IMG/VR virus record: IMGVR_UViG_3300047472_000248
Location: 1 to 52,314 of that record
Strand: one strand, 5' to 3'
Source: a virus
Taxonomy: Duplodnaviria > Heunggongvirae > Uroviricota > Caudoviricetes
DNA length: 52,314 nucleotides
The position numbers and the translations under genes are program-made. Positions 26,531-38,000 of the stretch are shown here, in pieces (positions within the stretch are counted from its first letter, which is position 1; every line of letters begins with the position of its first letter). The notes beneath the pieces are model-generated. The model did not search any database. It was not told the origin of the DNA and saw only the letters and a list, made by a program, of their open reading frames with translations.

Positions 26531-29500
26531 CCGCCCAGTTCACCCGCGTCGAGATCCTCGACAGCTTCAATCCGCAGGACCGTCGCATCAGCCAAGAGTC
26601 CTGGCGGGCCGGCCTATCCGTCGCTGACGTAGTCCCCATGCCGATGGGCATGACCTACGAGCTGATGGTCGCGGTCAACGGCAAGGTGCTCGAGCGCGAG
26701 GACCATGCGCTGACGATCATCGAGGCGGGCGACTTTGTGACCTCGACCCCGATCCCGCAGGGCGGCGGTGGGGGCGGTGCCAAGTCGATCCTGCGCATCG
26801 CCGCGATGATCGCGCTGGTGGTCGTTGCGCCGGAGCTGGGTGCTTTCTTGGGCCCGGGCATGTTCGGCGCCGGCGTGCTGGGGCTGAGCGCGGCCACCTG
26901 GACGGCCGGAATCATGATTGCCGGGACGATGGTGATCAATGCGTTGCTGCCGCCGGCCAAGCCGACGCAGGCCGCATCGAACAGCGATTCGTCCCCCACC
27001 TACGGCATCGACGGCGCCAAAAACACCTCGCTCGAGGGCGTGCCGACGCCGCTCTGCTACGGGCAGTTCCGCACCGGCGGCAACCTGATCGACAACTACG
27101 TCGTCAACGACGGCGACACGCAGTGGTTCTACGTCCTGATCAATGCCGGCGAGGGCCCGATCGCGGGCATCTCCGACATCCAGATCAACGACCAGCCGAT
27201 CGAGAACTTCAAGGACTACGAAGTCCAGACACGGCTTGGCACGAGCGATCAGCAGCCGATCGACTGGTTTGCCACGACGATCACGCCCGAGTCGGTGCAG
27301 TCGCAGCTCACGACCGACTGGACGACCTTCACCACGACGAGCGAGGTCGACGCAGTTCGCCTCGATCTGGTTGCGCCCCAGTTCTTCAAGGCCAACGACG
27401 ACGGCAGCTACAGCGATGTCTCGGTCACGCTGAAGGTGCAATACCGGCGCGCGGGCAGCACCGATGCGTTCGTCGACATGCCGATGCAGGGCACCGTCGC
27501 GGGCTACACCGAGCAGACCACCTGGATCACGATCCCGCAGCTCGACGAAAACGGCAACTTCGTCAGCAATGCCGTCTACGTGCCGGACGGCAGCGAGACG
27601 CGCATCGGGGACATCTGGCATGACCCCGAGGGCAACGTCGTCGGGACCGTGCATCAGGTTGCCATACCGAGCACTGGCGGCAGCGTCGTCATCAATGGCA
27701 ACACCCGCAGCGCGCTGCGCCGCTCGCTCACCAGCGCCCCGCTGGCCGAGAGCGCCTACGACATCCGGATGTCGCGCACGACGCCCGCCTCGACGGACGA
27801 CAAGACCTTCGACCAGATCGTCTGGACGGACTGCAACCAGATCATCAACGAGGCAGTTGCCTACCGCAACACCGCGCTGCTCGGCATCAAGATCCGCCTG
27901 TCGGACCAGCTGAGCTCGCAGCCGACGATCACCTACCTGCACGGCGGCAAGCTCGTGCCGGTCTACAACGCCGACACGCAGTCCTGGCTGTCGCAGGCTT
28001 CGAACAGCCCGGCCTGGATCTCGCTCGACATCCTGACGAACACCCGCTACGGCGGCGGCGCGGCGCGCTCGCGCTTCGACATCCCGCGCTGGAGCGACTG
28101 GGCGGACTACTGCGCGACCAGCGGACTGACCTTCGACGGCGTCTTCGATGTCCAGACCAACGTCTGGGATGCCAACCAGACCGTCATGCGCTGCGGCCAC
28201 GCGCAGATCGTGCCAATGGGCACGCGCTACACCGTCACGGTCGAGAAGGCATCCGACCCGGTGATGATGTTCTCGGTCGCCAACATGGTCGACGGCTCGT
28301 TCAAGCAGAACTGGCTTTCGATGGGCGACCGCGCGAACCAGGTCGAAGTCACCTTCTTCGACAAGAACGACAGCTACAAGCCGCGAAAGCTGAAGGCGGT
28401 CGACACCTCGCCGGGCGCCCTTGCGCAGAGCGTGCGCGGCGCAGCGGTGACGCTGACCGGCGTGACCGACCTCGACCAGGCCTGGAAAGAGGCCTGGATT
28501 CTGCTGAACATCAACAAGTATCTCCAGCAGAGCGTCGAGTTCTCGGCCCCGATCGAAGCGCTTGCCTGCACGGTGGGCGATGTCGTCCTGGTGCAGCACG
28601 ACATGCCGCAGTGGGGCTATGCCGGCCGGACCGATGCGGGTAGCACGACGAGCGTCATCCAGCTCGACCGCCCGATCACGATGGAGTTCGGGAAGACCTA
28701 CCAGGCGATGATCAACGTGGATACGCTGCAGCGCTACCACGGCAGCGTCACCTCGGTGGTTGGGGGCATCCTCTTCCTGCAGGGCTACGACGGCGGCACG
28801 AAGATCCGCCGTATCCAGGTCGCTGGCAAGGATCTCGAGGTCGCCTCGATTCAGGAATCGGGCGGCACCTGGGGCGTCCAGGTCTACGACACCGTGGGCA
28901 TCAACGCGGGCGCGGCCTACACGCTCTGGGACACGGACGTTCTCGAGCTCCACGACGTGGTGAACCCAACGGTCTCGAGCGCCGCGGACTACACCGGCAC
29001 GGCCATCACCTTCGTGACGCCCACGGGCGCTGCGCCGGCGCAGTTCACGAAGTGGCTCTTCGGGCCGACCAGCAAGGTTGCCAAGCCGTTCCGGATCAAG
29101 AAGATCACCGGCACGCATGAGCTGACGCGCGACATCACCGCGCTCGAATACAACCAGTCCGTCTACGACGAGCTGCACCCGGCACCGCCGATCAACTATT
29201 CGGACCTGCCGCAGAACGAGGTCAACCACGTCACGATCGACGGCGTCGACGAAGAGCTGCAGCTGGTCGGCACCGTCTACCAGTCGCGCGTGACGGTCAA
29301 CTACCACAGCAACCAGTCGACCTACAAGGACGCAGAGGTCTTCCTATCGCGTAATGGCGCCGGCTGGGCGTCCCTCGGCTTCGCGCGCTCCGCGATGAGC
29401 ACCACGTCCGTGCGCGGGGAAGTGCTCGTCTTCAAGATCGTCGCGCGCAACACCAAGCTGGTGTCGGCGCCGGATTCGAGCGCGCCGGTCGTCAGCTACA

Positions 29501-31596
29501 CCACGCAGGGCAACACCAACGCCCCGGGCGCGGTCTCGAACCTGGCGATCGCCTACATCCAGACGGGCATCCAGGTCACCTGGGACAAGCCGCCCGAGCC
29601 GGACTGGGTCGACACCACGATCAAGAAGGCGACGTCGCCCACGGGCTGGGATGCGGGCCTCTTCGAGTTCGAGGGCAAGCTCACCCTCTGCAACATCCCG
29701 CCACAGGTCGCGGGCACCTTCTACCTGCTCGCGCGACACAACATCCCGCACCTGGCATCGACCACGAGCGCGCTGTCGGTCACGGTGCACCCGCCGAAGC
29801 AAGCGGCCACGCTGAGCGCTCAGCTGCAGCTCGGCGGCGTCGCGCAGGTCTTCTGGGAGGATCTGCGGACCGACCAATACCTGTCGAACTACTTCCTGCG
29901 CGTGGGCCCGTCGGGCGGCACCTTCGCGGCCGCGACGCCCTACAGCCAGATCGCCGGCGACCAGCTGACCGCGACCATCAAGTTCGACACGCCCGGGCTG
30001 CACACGATCTGGCTCCAGGCGGTCGACATCGGGGGCAACGCCGGCGCGCCGGCCTCGCTCACGGTCGACGTGCCGGCCGATGCGTCGCTGATCATCTCGA
30101 CGCTCACCAACCAGATCACCCGCAGCCAGCTCTTCGTCGATCTCGGCACGAGCATCGACCGCATCCAGTCGCTGTTCGACGACCAGGCCAGCGCCGCCGG
30201 CAGCGCGCTGAAGGCCATGATCGCGGCCCACGAAGCGCGCAAGACGGGCGGCCAGCAGTTGGCGATCGCCAAGCGTGACCTGACCACGACGATCGTTGAC
30301 GGCCTCTCGTCCGAGGCGAGCGAGCGGCTGTCCCTCGAGGCGGCCCTCACGTTGCAGGACCAGCAGCTGGCCGCCAGCATCGAGCAGGAAAGCACCGCTC
30401 GGGTCGATGCGGACGGCGCGCTTGCGACGCAGATTTCCGCCATCGTCGCGTCGTCGGGCGACAACGAGGCGGCGATCACGGCAGAAGCCACCGCCCGCGC
30501 GAATGCCGACAGTGCCCTGGCGTCGCAGATCACGAATCTGCAGGCGACGGTCAACACCAACAACACGAACGTCTTCGCGGCCATCCACACCGAGCAGACG
30601 GCGCGCGCCGATGCCGACAGCGCGATGGCCACCGACATCACGACCTTGCAGTCGTCCTACGGTGGGTTCTCGGCCCTGGTGTCGACCGAGGCATCGACGC
30701 GGGCGAGCGCCGACGGCGCGCTGCAGGCGCAATACACCGTCAAGGTCGACGTCAACAACTTCGTGAGTGGCTTCGGGCTGGCCAGCACCGCCAAGAACGC
30801 GACCCCGTTCAGCGAGTTCGCGGTGCGTGCGGACAGCTTCTACATCGCGAGCCCGACCGGGCCGGGCATCACCCCGGTCGTGCCCTTCATCGTGCGCACG
30901 ACCCCGACCACCGTCAACGGCGTGGCGATCCCGATCGGGATCTACATGACCAACGCGATGATCGAGACCGTCTCGGTGGACAAGCTGACCGCCGGTTCGA
31001 TCGTCACGTCGAGCTACATCCAGAGCGCGAACTTCTCTGCCGGCACGACGGGATGGCAGATCAAGGGCGACGGCACGGCCGAGCTGAACAACGTGGTCGT
31101 TCGGGGCGACCTGAAGGCGGGCCGCATCTCGGTCGGCTCCGGTTCGGCCGGCACGGCGTTCTACGACGCATCGCAGCCGTCCATCACGCTGCAGTCGACG
31201 GCACAGGGCGTCATGGCCTATGACGGCACGCCTGGCACCGCGGTCGTCACGTCGAGCAACGTCCTGTTCAAAAACAACGACGCGACTGTGGCGATCGCGA
31301 ACCGTATCGGCACGGGTTCGACCTTCTTCACCGCGACCGCGACGGCCACAGTCGATGACCAGATCTCCATCTGGTATCGGGTCAACGGCGGCAGCTGGAT
31401 CTGGCTGTCTGGCACACAAGAGCCAGGCGATGGGGATGGCGTGGGCGCGACGGCATCGGGCATCACCTTGACGATTGCCGCCGGCAACACCGTGCAGTTT
31501 GGCGTGACCTGCACCGACGCATCGCTCAACTCGGCCGACCCCCACAAGCTCTATCTGCACTTTCTGACGCTGATCGTGACCGCGAGGAATTTCTGA
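26527..31596 (+). CDS. Central tail tip / host-specificity protein (gpI+gpJ-like fusion)
   Basis: N-terminal gpI-like segment (VNG...PIPQGGGGG.KSILRI), J-like core, FN3-like domains, coiled coil and DUF1983-like QYTVKVD...SEFAVRADSF; start at ATG 26527. Confidence 0.92.
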   Translation: MTAQFTRVEILDSFNPQDRRISQESWRAGLSVADVVPMPMGMTYELMVAVNGKVLEREDHALTIIEAGDFVTSTPIPQGGGGGGAKSILRIAAMIALVVVAPELGAFLGPGMFGAGVLGLSAATWTAGIMIAGTMVINALLPPAKPTQAASNSDSSPTYGIDGAKNTSLEGVPTPLCYGQFRTGGNLIDNYVVNDGDTQWFYVLINAGEGPIAGISDIQINDQPIENFKDYEVQTRLGTSDQQPIDWFATTITPESVQSQLTTDWTTFTTTSEVDAVRLDLVAPQFFKANDDGSYSDVSVTLKVQYRRAGSTDAFVDMPMQGTVAGYTEQTTWITIPQLDENGNFVSNAVYVPDGSETRIGDIWHDPEGNVVGTVHQVAIPSTGGSVVINGNTRSALRRSLTSAPLAESAYDIRMSRTTPASTDDKTFDQIVWTDCNQIINEAVAYRNTALLGIKIRLSDQLSSQPTITYLHGGKLVPVYNADTQSWLSQASNSPAWISLDILTNTRYGGGAARSRFDIPRWSDWADYCATSGLTFDGVFDVQTNVWDANQTVMRCGHAQIVPMGTRYTVTVEKASDPVMMFSVANMVDGSFKQNWLSMGDRANQVEVTFFDKNDSYKPRKLKAVDTSPGALAQSVRGAAVTLTGVTDLDQAWKEAWILLNINKYLQQSVEFSAPIEALACTVGDVVLVQHDMPQWGYAGRTDAGSTTSVIQLDRPITMEFGKTYQAMINVDTLQRYHGSVTSVVGGILFLQGYDGGTKIRRIQVAGKDLEVASIQESGGTWGVQVYDTVGINAGAAYTLWDTDVLELHDVVNPTVSSAADYTGTAITFVTPTGAAPAQFTKWLFGPTSKVAKPFRIKKITGTHELTRDITALEYNQSVYDELHPAPPINYSDLPQNEVNHVTIDGVDEELQLVGTVYQSRVTVNYHSNQSTYKDAEVFLSRNGAGWASLGFARSAMSTTSVRGEVLVFKIVARNTKLVSAPDSSAPVVSYTTQGNTNAPGAVSNLAIAYIQTGIQVTWDKPPEPDWVDTTIKKATSPTGWDAGLFEFEGKLTLCNIPPQVAGTFYLLARHNIPHLASTTSALSVTVHPPKQAATLSAQLQLGGVAQVFWEDLRTDQYLSNYFLRVGPSGGTFAAATPYSQIAGDQLTATIKFDTPGLHTIWLQAVDIGGNAGAPASLTVDVPADASLIISTLTNQITRSQLFVDLGTSIDRIQSLFDDQASAAGSALKAMIAAHEARKTGGQQLAIAKRDLTTTIVDGLSSEASERLSLEAALTLQDQQLAASIEQESTARVDADGALATQISAIVASSGDNEAAITAEATARANADSALASQITNLQATVNTNNTNVFAAIHTEQTARADADSAMATDITTLQSSYGGFSALVSTEASTRASADGALQAQYTVKVDVNNFVSGFGLASTAKNATPFSEFAVRADSFYIASPTGPGITPVVPFIVRTTPTTVNGVAIPIGIYMTNAMIETVSVDKLTAGSIVTSSYIQSANFSAGTTGWQIKGDGTAELNNVVVRGDLKAGRISVGSGSAGTAFYDASQPSITLQSTAQGVMAYDGTPGTAVVTSSNVLFKNNDATVAIANRIGTGSTFFTATATATVDDQISIWYRVNGGSWIWLSGTQEPGDGDGVGATASGITLTIAAGNTVQFGVTCTDASLNSADPHKLYLHFLTLIVTARNF

Positions 31597-32108
31597 TGCC
31601 TACGCCCGCCACCCTCATCGTTCAGGCAGACGGCACTGCCATCATCGAATCGACCGGCCTTCCCATGCCGGCGCAGCCCGACGACAAGCACGTCTTCGAC
31701 TGGACGAGCCACACCTGGGTCGACCCGCGCACCCTCGACGACCTGAAGTCCGATCAGTGGGAGCTGATGAAGGCAGCGCGCGAGACGGCTGAGTTTGGCG
31801 GCTTCACCTGGGATGGGTCCGACTTCGACAGCGACAGCGAGTCGCAGCGAAAGATCCAGGGTGCCGTGCAGATGGCACTCATTGCCGCGGCCGCCAGCCA
31901 GCCTTTCAGCATCGACTGGACGCTGGCGGACAACACGGTGCGCACGCTCAGCGGCGCCGACATGATCAACGTCGGCCTGGCCATGGGCACCTTCGTCAGC
32001 GGCATCTACGAACAGGGCAGGGCGCTGCGCGAGCAGATCGACGCGGCCACCACCCCCGAACAAGTCCAGGCGATTGCCTGGTCGTCCATCAGCGTAAGTC
32101 AGTCCTGA
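31596..32108 (+). CDS. DUF4376-like tail fibre assembly protein
   Basis: FDSD.ESQ.KIQGA...IDWTLADN motif. Confidence 0.75.
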   Translation: MPTPATLIVQADGTAIIESTGLPMPAQPDDKHVFDWTSHTWVDPRTLDDLKSDQWELMKAARETAEFGGFTWDGSDFDSDSESQRKIQGAVQMALIAAAASQPFSIDWTLADNTVRTLSGADMINVGLAMGTFVSGIYEQGRALREQIDAATTPEQVQAIAWSSISVSQS

Positions 32109-32109
32109 C
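32098..32109. promoter_or_regulatory. Operator (#12)
   Basis: GTAAGTCAGtcCTGACT spanning the DUF4376 stop, upstream of fibre A. Confidence 0.85.
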
Positions 32110-32127
32110 TCTCACATAGGAACCCTC

Positions 32128-33072
32128 ATGGCTTGGTATAAGGAAGGCACCTGCAGCGTCGTCAACGGCAGCCCGATCGTCACCGGCGTCATCACCCCGA
32201 TGGGTGACGACGAGTCGGTGCAGCCCTACTGGGTGGCCAACGCAAGCGCCGGCTCGATCTTCCGCGGGCCCGACCGCCAGATCTACGAGATCTTGAGCGT
32301 CAACTCGGACCTGCAGCTCACGCTGGCCGAGCCCTACCTCGGCACGACCGCGAACGATCAGCTCTACGCAATCGCGCCCACGCAGAGCTTCGTGAAGGAG
32401 CTTGCCGACCAGGTGACGAACATGGTCAGCGACTACGCCGGCCTGCTGCCCTACGACCCCGATGGCGTCTACCCCGACGGCTCGATTCAGGACACGATCC
32501 AGCAGCTGCAGGAAGACGACCGCGAGTCCCTCCCGACGGCCAACCAGATCGCGATCGCGGCGAACGATGACGACACCGGCCTGATCTACTCGCTCCCCGC
32601 AGTCCTGATCGCGCCGGGCAGCGTGCAGGCCACGGGCAAGCTGAGCGGCCTGGGCACTGCCACCAATGACAACGCGACCGCCGGCCAGATCGGCGAGTTC
32701 ATGATCGACACGGTGGCCGCGCCAGGCGTTGCGCTGACGACGGTCACCAACACCGATGTCAGCGTGGCGATCACCCTGACCCCGGGCGACTGGATGGTGG
32801 GCGGTGGCATTGCCTTCACGGGGAACGCCACCGCGGTGGTCTACGCCGGCGGCTGGGTGGGCAACTCGAGTGCCAGTGTGACCGCGAACCGGGCAGTCAA
32901 CTGGCTCGGGCGCAGTGCGAACCTTCCGGTCGATATCGGCTTCGCGGTCCCGACGCGGCGCTTCCAGGTCGCGGCTGGCCAGACCGCCGTGCTGCACCTC
33001 GTTGCGAAGGCGAGCTTCAGCGGCGGCACGCTGAGCGCCTATGGCGAGGTCTGGGCCCGGAGGATGCGCTGA
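32128..33072 (+). CDS. Tail fibre / adaptor protein A
   Basis: N-terminal anchor (MAWYKEGT..V.NGS.IVTG...YEI.SV.SD..LTL..PY.G); C-terminal GTATNDNA.AGQIGE...ARRMR domain. Confidence 0.8.
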   Translation: MAWYKEGTCSVVNGSPIVTGVITPMGDDESVQPYWVANASAGSIFRGPDRQIYEILSVNSDLQLTLAEPYLGTTANDQLYAIAPTQSFVKELADQVTNMVSDYAGLLPYDPDGVYPDGSIQDTIQQLQEDDRESLPTANQIAIAANDDDTGLIYSLPAVLIAPGSVQATGKLSGLGTATNDNATAGQIGEFMIDTVAAPGVALTTVTNTDVSVAITLTPGDWMVGGGIAFTGNATAVVYAGGWVGNSSASVTANRAVNWLGRSANLPVDIGFAVPTRRFQVAAGQTAVLHLVAKASFSGGTLSAYGEVWARRMR

Positions 33073-34148
33073 TGCCCGCAATGCACCGCCTACAGCGCGT
33101 GCCGCCGGGCACCGTGATCTATGACCTCCAGGTCCCCGACACGTCCGGCCTGGCCGAGCCGCTGCATCGCCACAAGATGGACGTCTACATCCCGTCGGGC
33201 ACGGTCACCCGCTGCCTGGTCGGGCTGGGCGGGGCAGGATCGGACAAGTGGCGATTCGCACGCAAGCTGAAGATCGGCCTCGACAAGCCGAAGACCCCGC
33301 AGCGCATTCCCGTGCGCAGCGTGAACTGGAGCCTTCTCACGAAGATGAAGGCGATGATCATCATCCCCCAGGCGCAGGCGCCCATCGGCGTCGATCCGTT
33401 CTGGGGCGCCGGCAACAACCCCTACAACCCCGACGACGTCGACACGCGGAGCACGAAGAATCCGAACGGTGTCACGACCTGGCGCAACCAATACATGATC
33501 TCGGGGGTCGATGACCTCCAGATGCTGAAGAACCTCAGCTCCTACATCGATGACCATTGGGACGTCCAGAAGGTCCTCTTCGGCCATTCCAACGGCGCGA
33601 TGATGACCAATCGCGTCTGGTGGGAGGCACCCAATGCCTTTGCCGCCTACGCGGCCGCCGCGGGCAATCTTGCGGCGCACTATGACGACCCGGGCGTCGT
33701 CGCGAACGCGGCCTGGAAGCCGATGTTCACCCGCACCGGCCGGAAGGACACCATCATCGACGTGCTGGGCGGCCCGCAGGCCAACAGCCCGATGACGGAC
33801 CACACCTTCGACGCGAACTACCTTCAGAACCAGACCCAGCTTTCGAAGGCACACGTCAGCTTCCCGACCTTGAGCTACATCTGGGGCTCGTGCCGCGAAT
33901 ACCAGTTCCGACGCGCGGGCATCGGCGCGCCGCTCTCGGCACCGATCACGTCGACCAGCTCCGCCGGCGGCGTCACGACCGCGGTGCACGTCGGCACGCA
34001 GACCCGCTGGGACAGCCCGAACAAGCAGCAGCGTCTCGAGTTCCTGTCGGACGCGGACCACAACACCGTGAAGGATCGCTCGGTGTCCGGCCGCTTCTAC
34101 ATCGCCGATGTCGTGCAGTGGTGCCAGGACTGGCAGCAAATGCTCTGA
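33072..34148 (+). CDS. Alpha/beta-hydrolase esterase A (LpqC/PHB-depolymerase-like)
   Basis: GHSNG nucleophile elbow, TGRKD Asp and DADH His; TGATG-coupled to fibre A. Confidence 0.75.
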   Translation: MPAMHRLQRVPPGTVIYDLQVPDTSGLAEPLHRHKMDVYIPSGTVTRCLVGLGGAGSDKWRFARKLKIGLDKPKTPQRIPVRSVNWSLLTKMKAMIIIPQAQAPIGVDPFWGAGNNPYNPDDVDTRSTKNPNGVTTWRNQYMISGVDDLQMLKNLSSYIDDHWDVQKVLFGHSNGAMMTNRVWWEAPNAFAAYAAAAGNLAAHYDDPGVVANAAWKPMFTRTGRKDTIIDVLGGPQANSPMTDHTFDANYLQNQTQLSKAHVSFPTLSYIWGSCREYQFRRAGIGAPLSAPITSTSSAGGVTTAVHVGTQTRWDSPNKQQRLEFLSDADHNTVKDRSVSGRFYIADVVQWCQDWQQML

Positions 34149-34156
34149 TTTGGTAA

Positions 34157-34168
34157 GTCAGGCCTGAC
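34157..34168. promoter_or_regulatory. Operator (#13)
   Basis: GTAAGTCAGgcCTGACT. Confidence 0.85.
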
Positions 34169-34185
34169 TATGGGAAACTCGCGCC

Positions 34186-34542
34186 ATGTCCGCAATGAAG
34201 TTCAACTTCTCCATCGAGCAGGCCGCGACCTTTCTGCTTGTCGTCTACTGGAAGGAGAAGACTGGCCGGGGTGTTGACACCCGCGGCTACAGCTTCCGCC
34301 TACAGGCGCGCTCGACGCCCGACGACTCGGTAGCGCTGCTCGACCTCTCCACGGCGAACGGCCACATCACGACCGACCTGGCGCAGGGCGCGATCAACAT
34401 CACGGTCCCTGACGACGAGGATGCCAGCTACGCCTGGCGGACTGCCGTCTACGACCTCTACGCCTACGCCCCCGATGGCACGTCCGAACGGATGCTGCAG
34501 GGGGTCGTTCGGGTTTCACCGGCGGTCACGCGCCCCTCTTAG
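34186..34542 (+). CDS. BppU-like beta-sandwich structural protein
   Basis: F.IEQ.ATF...YDL......RMLQG.V.VSPAVTR pattern. Confidence 0.65.
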   Translation: MSAMKFNFSIEQAATFLLVVYWKEKTGRGVDTRGYSFRLQARSTPDDSVALLDLSTANGHITTDLAQGAINITVPDDEDASYAWRTAVYDLYAYAPDGTSERMLQGVVRVSPAVTRPS

Positions 34543-34545
34543 TTA

Positions 34546-34557
34546 GTCAGTGCTGAC
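34546..34557. promoter_or_regulatory. Operator (#14)
   Basis: TTAGTCAGtgCTGACTT. Confidence 0.85.
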
Positions 34558-34583
34558 TTTCACCAACTGCAAAAGGAACTGAA

Positions 34584-35057
34584 ATGACCGCAGGCGCATG
34601 GATCGTCCCCGACAAGGCCTTCCTCAACTTCTTCAATGCCACCGACTTGCTCGGCCAGGCATCCGGCTACAAGGCGGCACTCGTGGGCTCGGGCTGGACG
34701 CCGGCCAAGACCACCGACGAAGTCTGGGCCGACGTATCGGCCAACGAGATCGCCAACGGCAACGGCTATACGACCGGCGGCCTGGCACTGTCGAGCGTCG
34801 CCCTCTCGGTTTCGGGCAACACCCTCAAGTGGACCTCCGGTGCGATGGTCTGGACGGCCAGCGGCTCGGGAATCCCGGCCTGGCGGCGCATCGTCATCTA
34901 CTACAACGGCACGCTCAACGGCAAGGTCAACCCGATCGTCTGCCACATGCTGGGTGACAGCACCGGGATCGATGTCCCGCTGGTGACGTCGCCGAACACG
35001 ATCACGAACACGCCGGACGCGACCGACGGGATCGTCAAAGCCACGAAGCCGGCGTAA
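34584..35057 (+). CDS. Virion structural protein (fibre/appendage base)
   Basis: ANEIANGNGYTTGG.AL...W motif seen in minor phage structural proteins; AAGGA RBS. Confidence 0.6.
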   Translation: MTAGAWIVPDKAFLNFFNATDLLGQASGYKAALVGSGWTPAKTTDEVWADVSANEIANGNGYTTGGLALSSVALSVSGNTLKWTSGAMVWTASGSGIPAWRRIVIYYNGTLNGKVNPIVCHMLGDSTGIDVPLVTSPNTITNTPDATDGIVKATKPA

Positions 35058-38000
35058 TGGCCTCGCCGGTCAACAAGCGCTACAGCGTCGCAAGCGGCCA
35101 GCCGATTTACGCCGGCCGCTTCGTCCTGCCTGCCTCGAACTCGGGGCTTGCGATGTTGACCATCTCCTCGTCGACGAGCGGCACCAAGCCGTTCAGCGTC
35201 GGCCACGCCTTCAAGCAGGGCGATGTCCCAGCCGGGCTGGATGTGGTGCTCTCGGGCGTCACCTCCGGCCAGGTCACGGTGAAGAACCGCTGGCCGGACG
35301 GCTCGGTCAAGTTCGCGATCGCTGCCGGCCGCGTGGCACTTTCCGCCGGCGTTCCGCTCCTGGTCGCCGTCGGTAGCGGCACGGCCCCCTCCGGCACGCC
35401 GCTGTCGACCTCCGCGCTGCAGCTCGTGATGACGAGCCCGGCTGTGATCGATGTCGGCAGCTACGGCACGGTCAGCTGGTCCGGCACCGATTGGGCAAGC
35501 CCCTTCATGACGGTGTGCACCGGCCCCGTGATGTCGCAATGGGTCTATCGCAAGCCCGTGGGCAGCGACCCGCACCTCGTGGCCTGGTTGCGCGTGCGCC
35601 TCTACTCGTCGGGCGAAGTCGATGCGCTCCCGTGGGTGGAGAACAGCAAGCTGCTCGTCGCATCACCCACCAGCAAGGCCGGCACCTACGCCTTCACGAT
35701 GGGCGGCACGGTCCGCTACACCGGCACGATTGACCTGCCGGCGCAGTGCCGCACACCGCTTCTGAGTGGCACGGGTCTGTCTCACTGGCTCGGCACCGAC
35801 CCGGACGTCGACGTCCTCCACGACACCGACTACCTGCAGGCCACCGGGCTCTTCTCGCAGTATTTCGCACGCACGCCTTCGAATGCAGCCGTCGTCACCA
35901 GCCTGCCGTCGAGCTGGGCGCCGCTGCAGCAGGGGAAGTTCCCGAGCGCGCTCGGTGGCGTGGGCGGCAATGGCTACGTCGGCCTGCTGCCGGACTGGGA
36001 CGTGGTCTACCTGACCTGCCCGCAGGCATCGACCTTCAAGGGCGTCGTGCGCCAGGCATACAGCGCTGGCCGCTACCCGATCCATTACCGCGACGAGACC
36101 GACAGCAACCGCTGGGCGCGCGTCTCGCAACATCCGACCCTCGACTATCAGACGATCCCGGGGGTCTCGCCCGGCGGCACCGCCGCGCCTCCGTGGTCGG
36201 GCGATCACCCGCCGAGCGTGGGCTACATGGCCCACCTCATCACCGGGGATGCCTACCACCTCGACACGGTGCTCGCGGCAACCTCCTTCGACTCGTTCAT
36301 CGCGATCTCGGCCGGCAACCGTCAGAACGGCAGCGGCATTACCTGCGCGTCGCAGTTCGCCGGCAGCACCCGGCGTGCTGCCTGGGTCTGGCGCAACCTC
36401 GCGCATGCACTGACGCTCGCGCCGGACACGACCTATGCGACCGAATATCGGACGCAGCTGACAAACAACGTCAACTACTACTGGACGCGCTACGTCGGCG
36501 CCGGCGGTTGGCAGAACCCGGTCGGGAACAAGCAGGGCTTCGTGCAGCCCTTCGGCTCCTACAACCTCAACGTCAACGGGGCGGTCACGGCATCCACGAC
36601 GACCACCGCGTCTTCGGCAGATCCCGCGTTCACCTACTACCACAACGTGCAGGACGGCCAGTATGTGGGCCTAACGCTGCATGCCATCGGGGTCGGCGAA
36701 TCGCGCACGATCACCGCCTTCGATGCGGCATCGTGCATGTTCACGGTGTCGCCTGCCTTCTCGAGCGCTCCGGCCATCGGCTCGCCCATCGAGGTCATCT
36801 ACGGGACGCTCTTCGACGCGCCCTGGATGCACGACTACCTCACCGGCACGATGGGCTGGACCCTCGACCTGGGCTGCGGCTTCGACTCGACCACCCAAGC
36901 GCGGATGGAAGAGCTCTTCAAGTGGAAGGCGCAGTCGATCATTGGCCGTCTGGGCTTCACGGGCTCGACCGAATTCCTCTACCGGGACTTCGCGCCCTAC
37001 GCCCTGCCGATTGCCAAGTTCGACTACCCGAACGACAACGCCTGGGCGACGGGCGCCGGCCCGTGGTTCGACGACTGGGGCCAGATCTACGACAAGACCT
37101 ACAGCGGCACCGCGGTCAACGACAACCTCTCCTACTGGCCGTGGGCTTCGCGCGGTGCGAGGGCCGAGGGCGACCTGCGCAACGATGGCTTGATGGACCC
37201 GCAGGGCTCGCCGGCAGCAGCACTGCCCGCGATCGCGTATGCGGTCAAGCACGGTGTGCCGGGCGCAGAAGACGCGCTGATGCGCATGCAGTCGGCCGGC
37301 AACTACTCAGCCTTCGCAGCGCTGTTTGATACCAGCCCGACCTGGGGTGTCTCGCACATGGCTCTGCCGGCCTGGCGCCGCAACCAAGCCATCGGCGAGA
37401 TCCGCGAGATCTCGGGCACGAAGATGAATCCGTCGTTGCCCAACGTCAACATCGTCGAAGACCTTGTCGGCTGGGACCACGACATCGCCAACCCGATCGG
37501 CGGCCGCTACTCGAACCGCCTCGACGGTTACTGCGGCTGGACGTTCGACGAGCGGCGCTCGACCGGCTGGACGGCTGCAGCTGGCGGGCACGGCGACTAC
37601 TGGGGCAACGAGATGGCCAACATCGACTTGCGCAAGGACCGGCCGACCTGGTTTCTGTATCACCCGGGCAGCAACGGCCCGGTGCTCGACTACGCATCGT
37701 CGAACGAACCCGCTCCGGCCTGGCGCACGCGATATGCCGATGGCTTGCCGGCCTCGCGTCACACCTATGCCATGACGCAGTTTCTGGGGCGTCACAACCG
37801 CGCGGTCACGACCGGCGGCTCGATCTCCTCGCCGGGGACGCCGTTCCAAGACACGGATGGCTTCGACGTTGATGCCGGCGTCGGCGTCAATGGCTGGTCA
37901 GAGCTCTACGCCTATCCGGGCGGGCAGGGCGGTGTAGGTCCGGCAACATGGTCGGGTGGCGGCGCCATCATTGCCGCGACCTGCGTGAAAGACCCGCGCA

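Noticed and set aside
22209-31560. Very long minus-strand ORFs (22209..25415, 26614..29307, 29344..31560 and similar ones elsewhere)
   Set aside because: Antisense shadows of high-GC coding genes; Arg/Gly/Ala-rich sequence with no motifs and no RBS.
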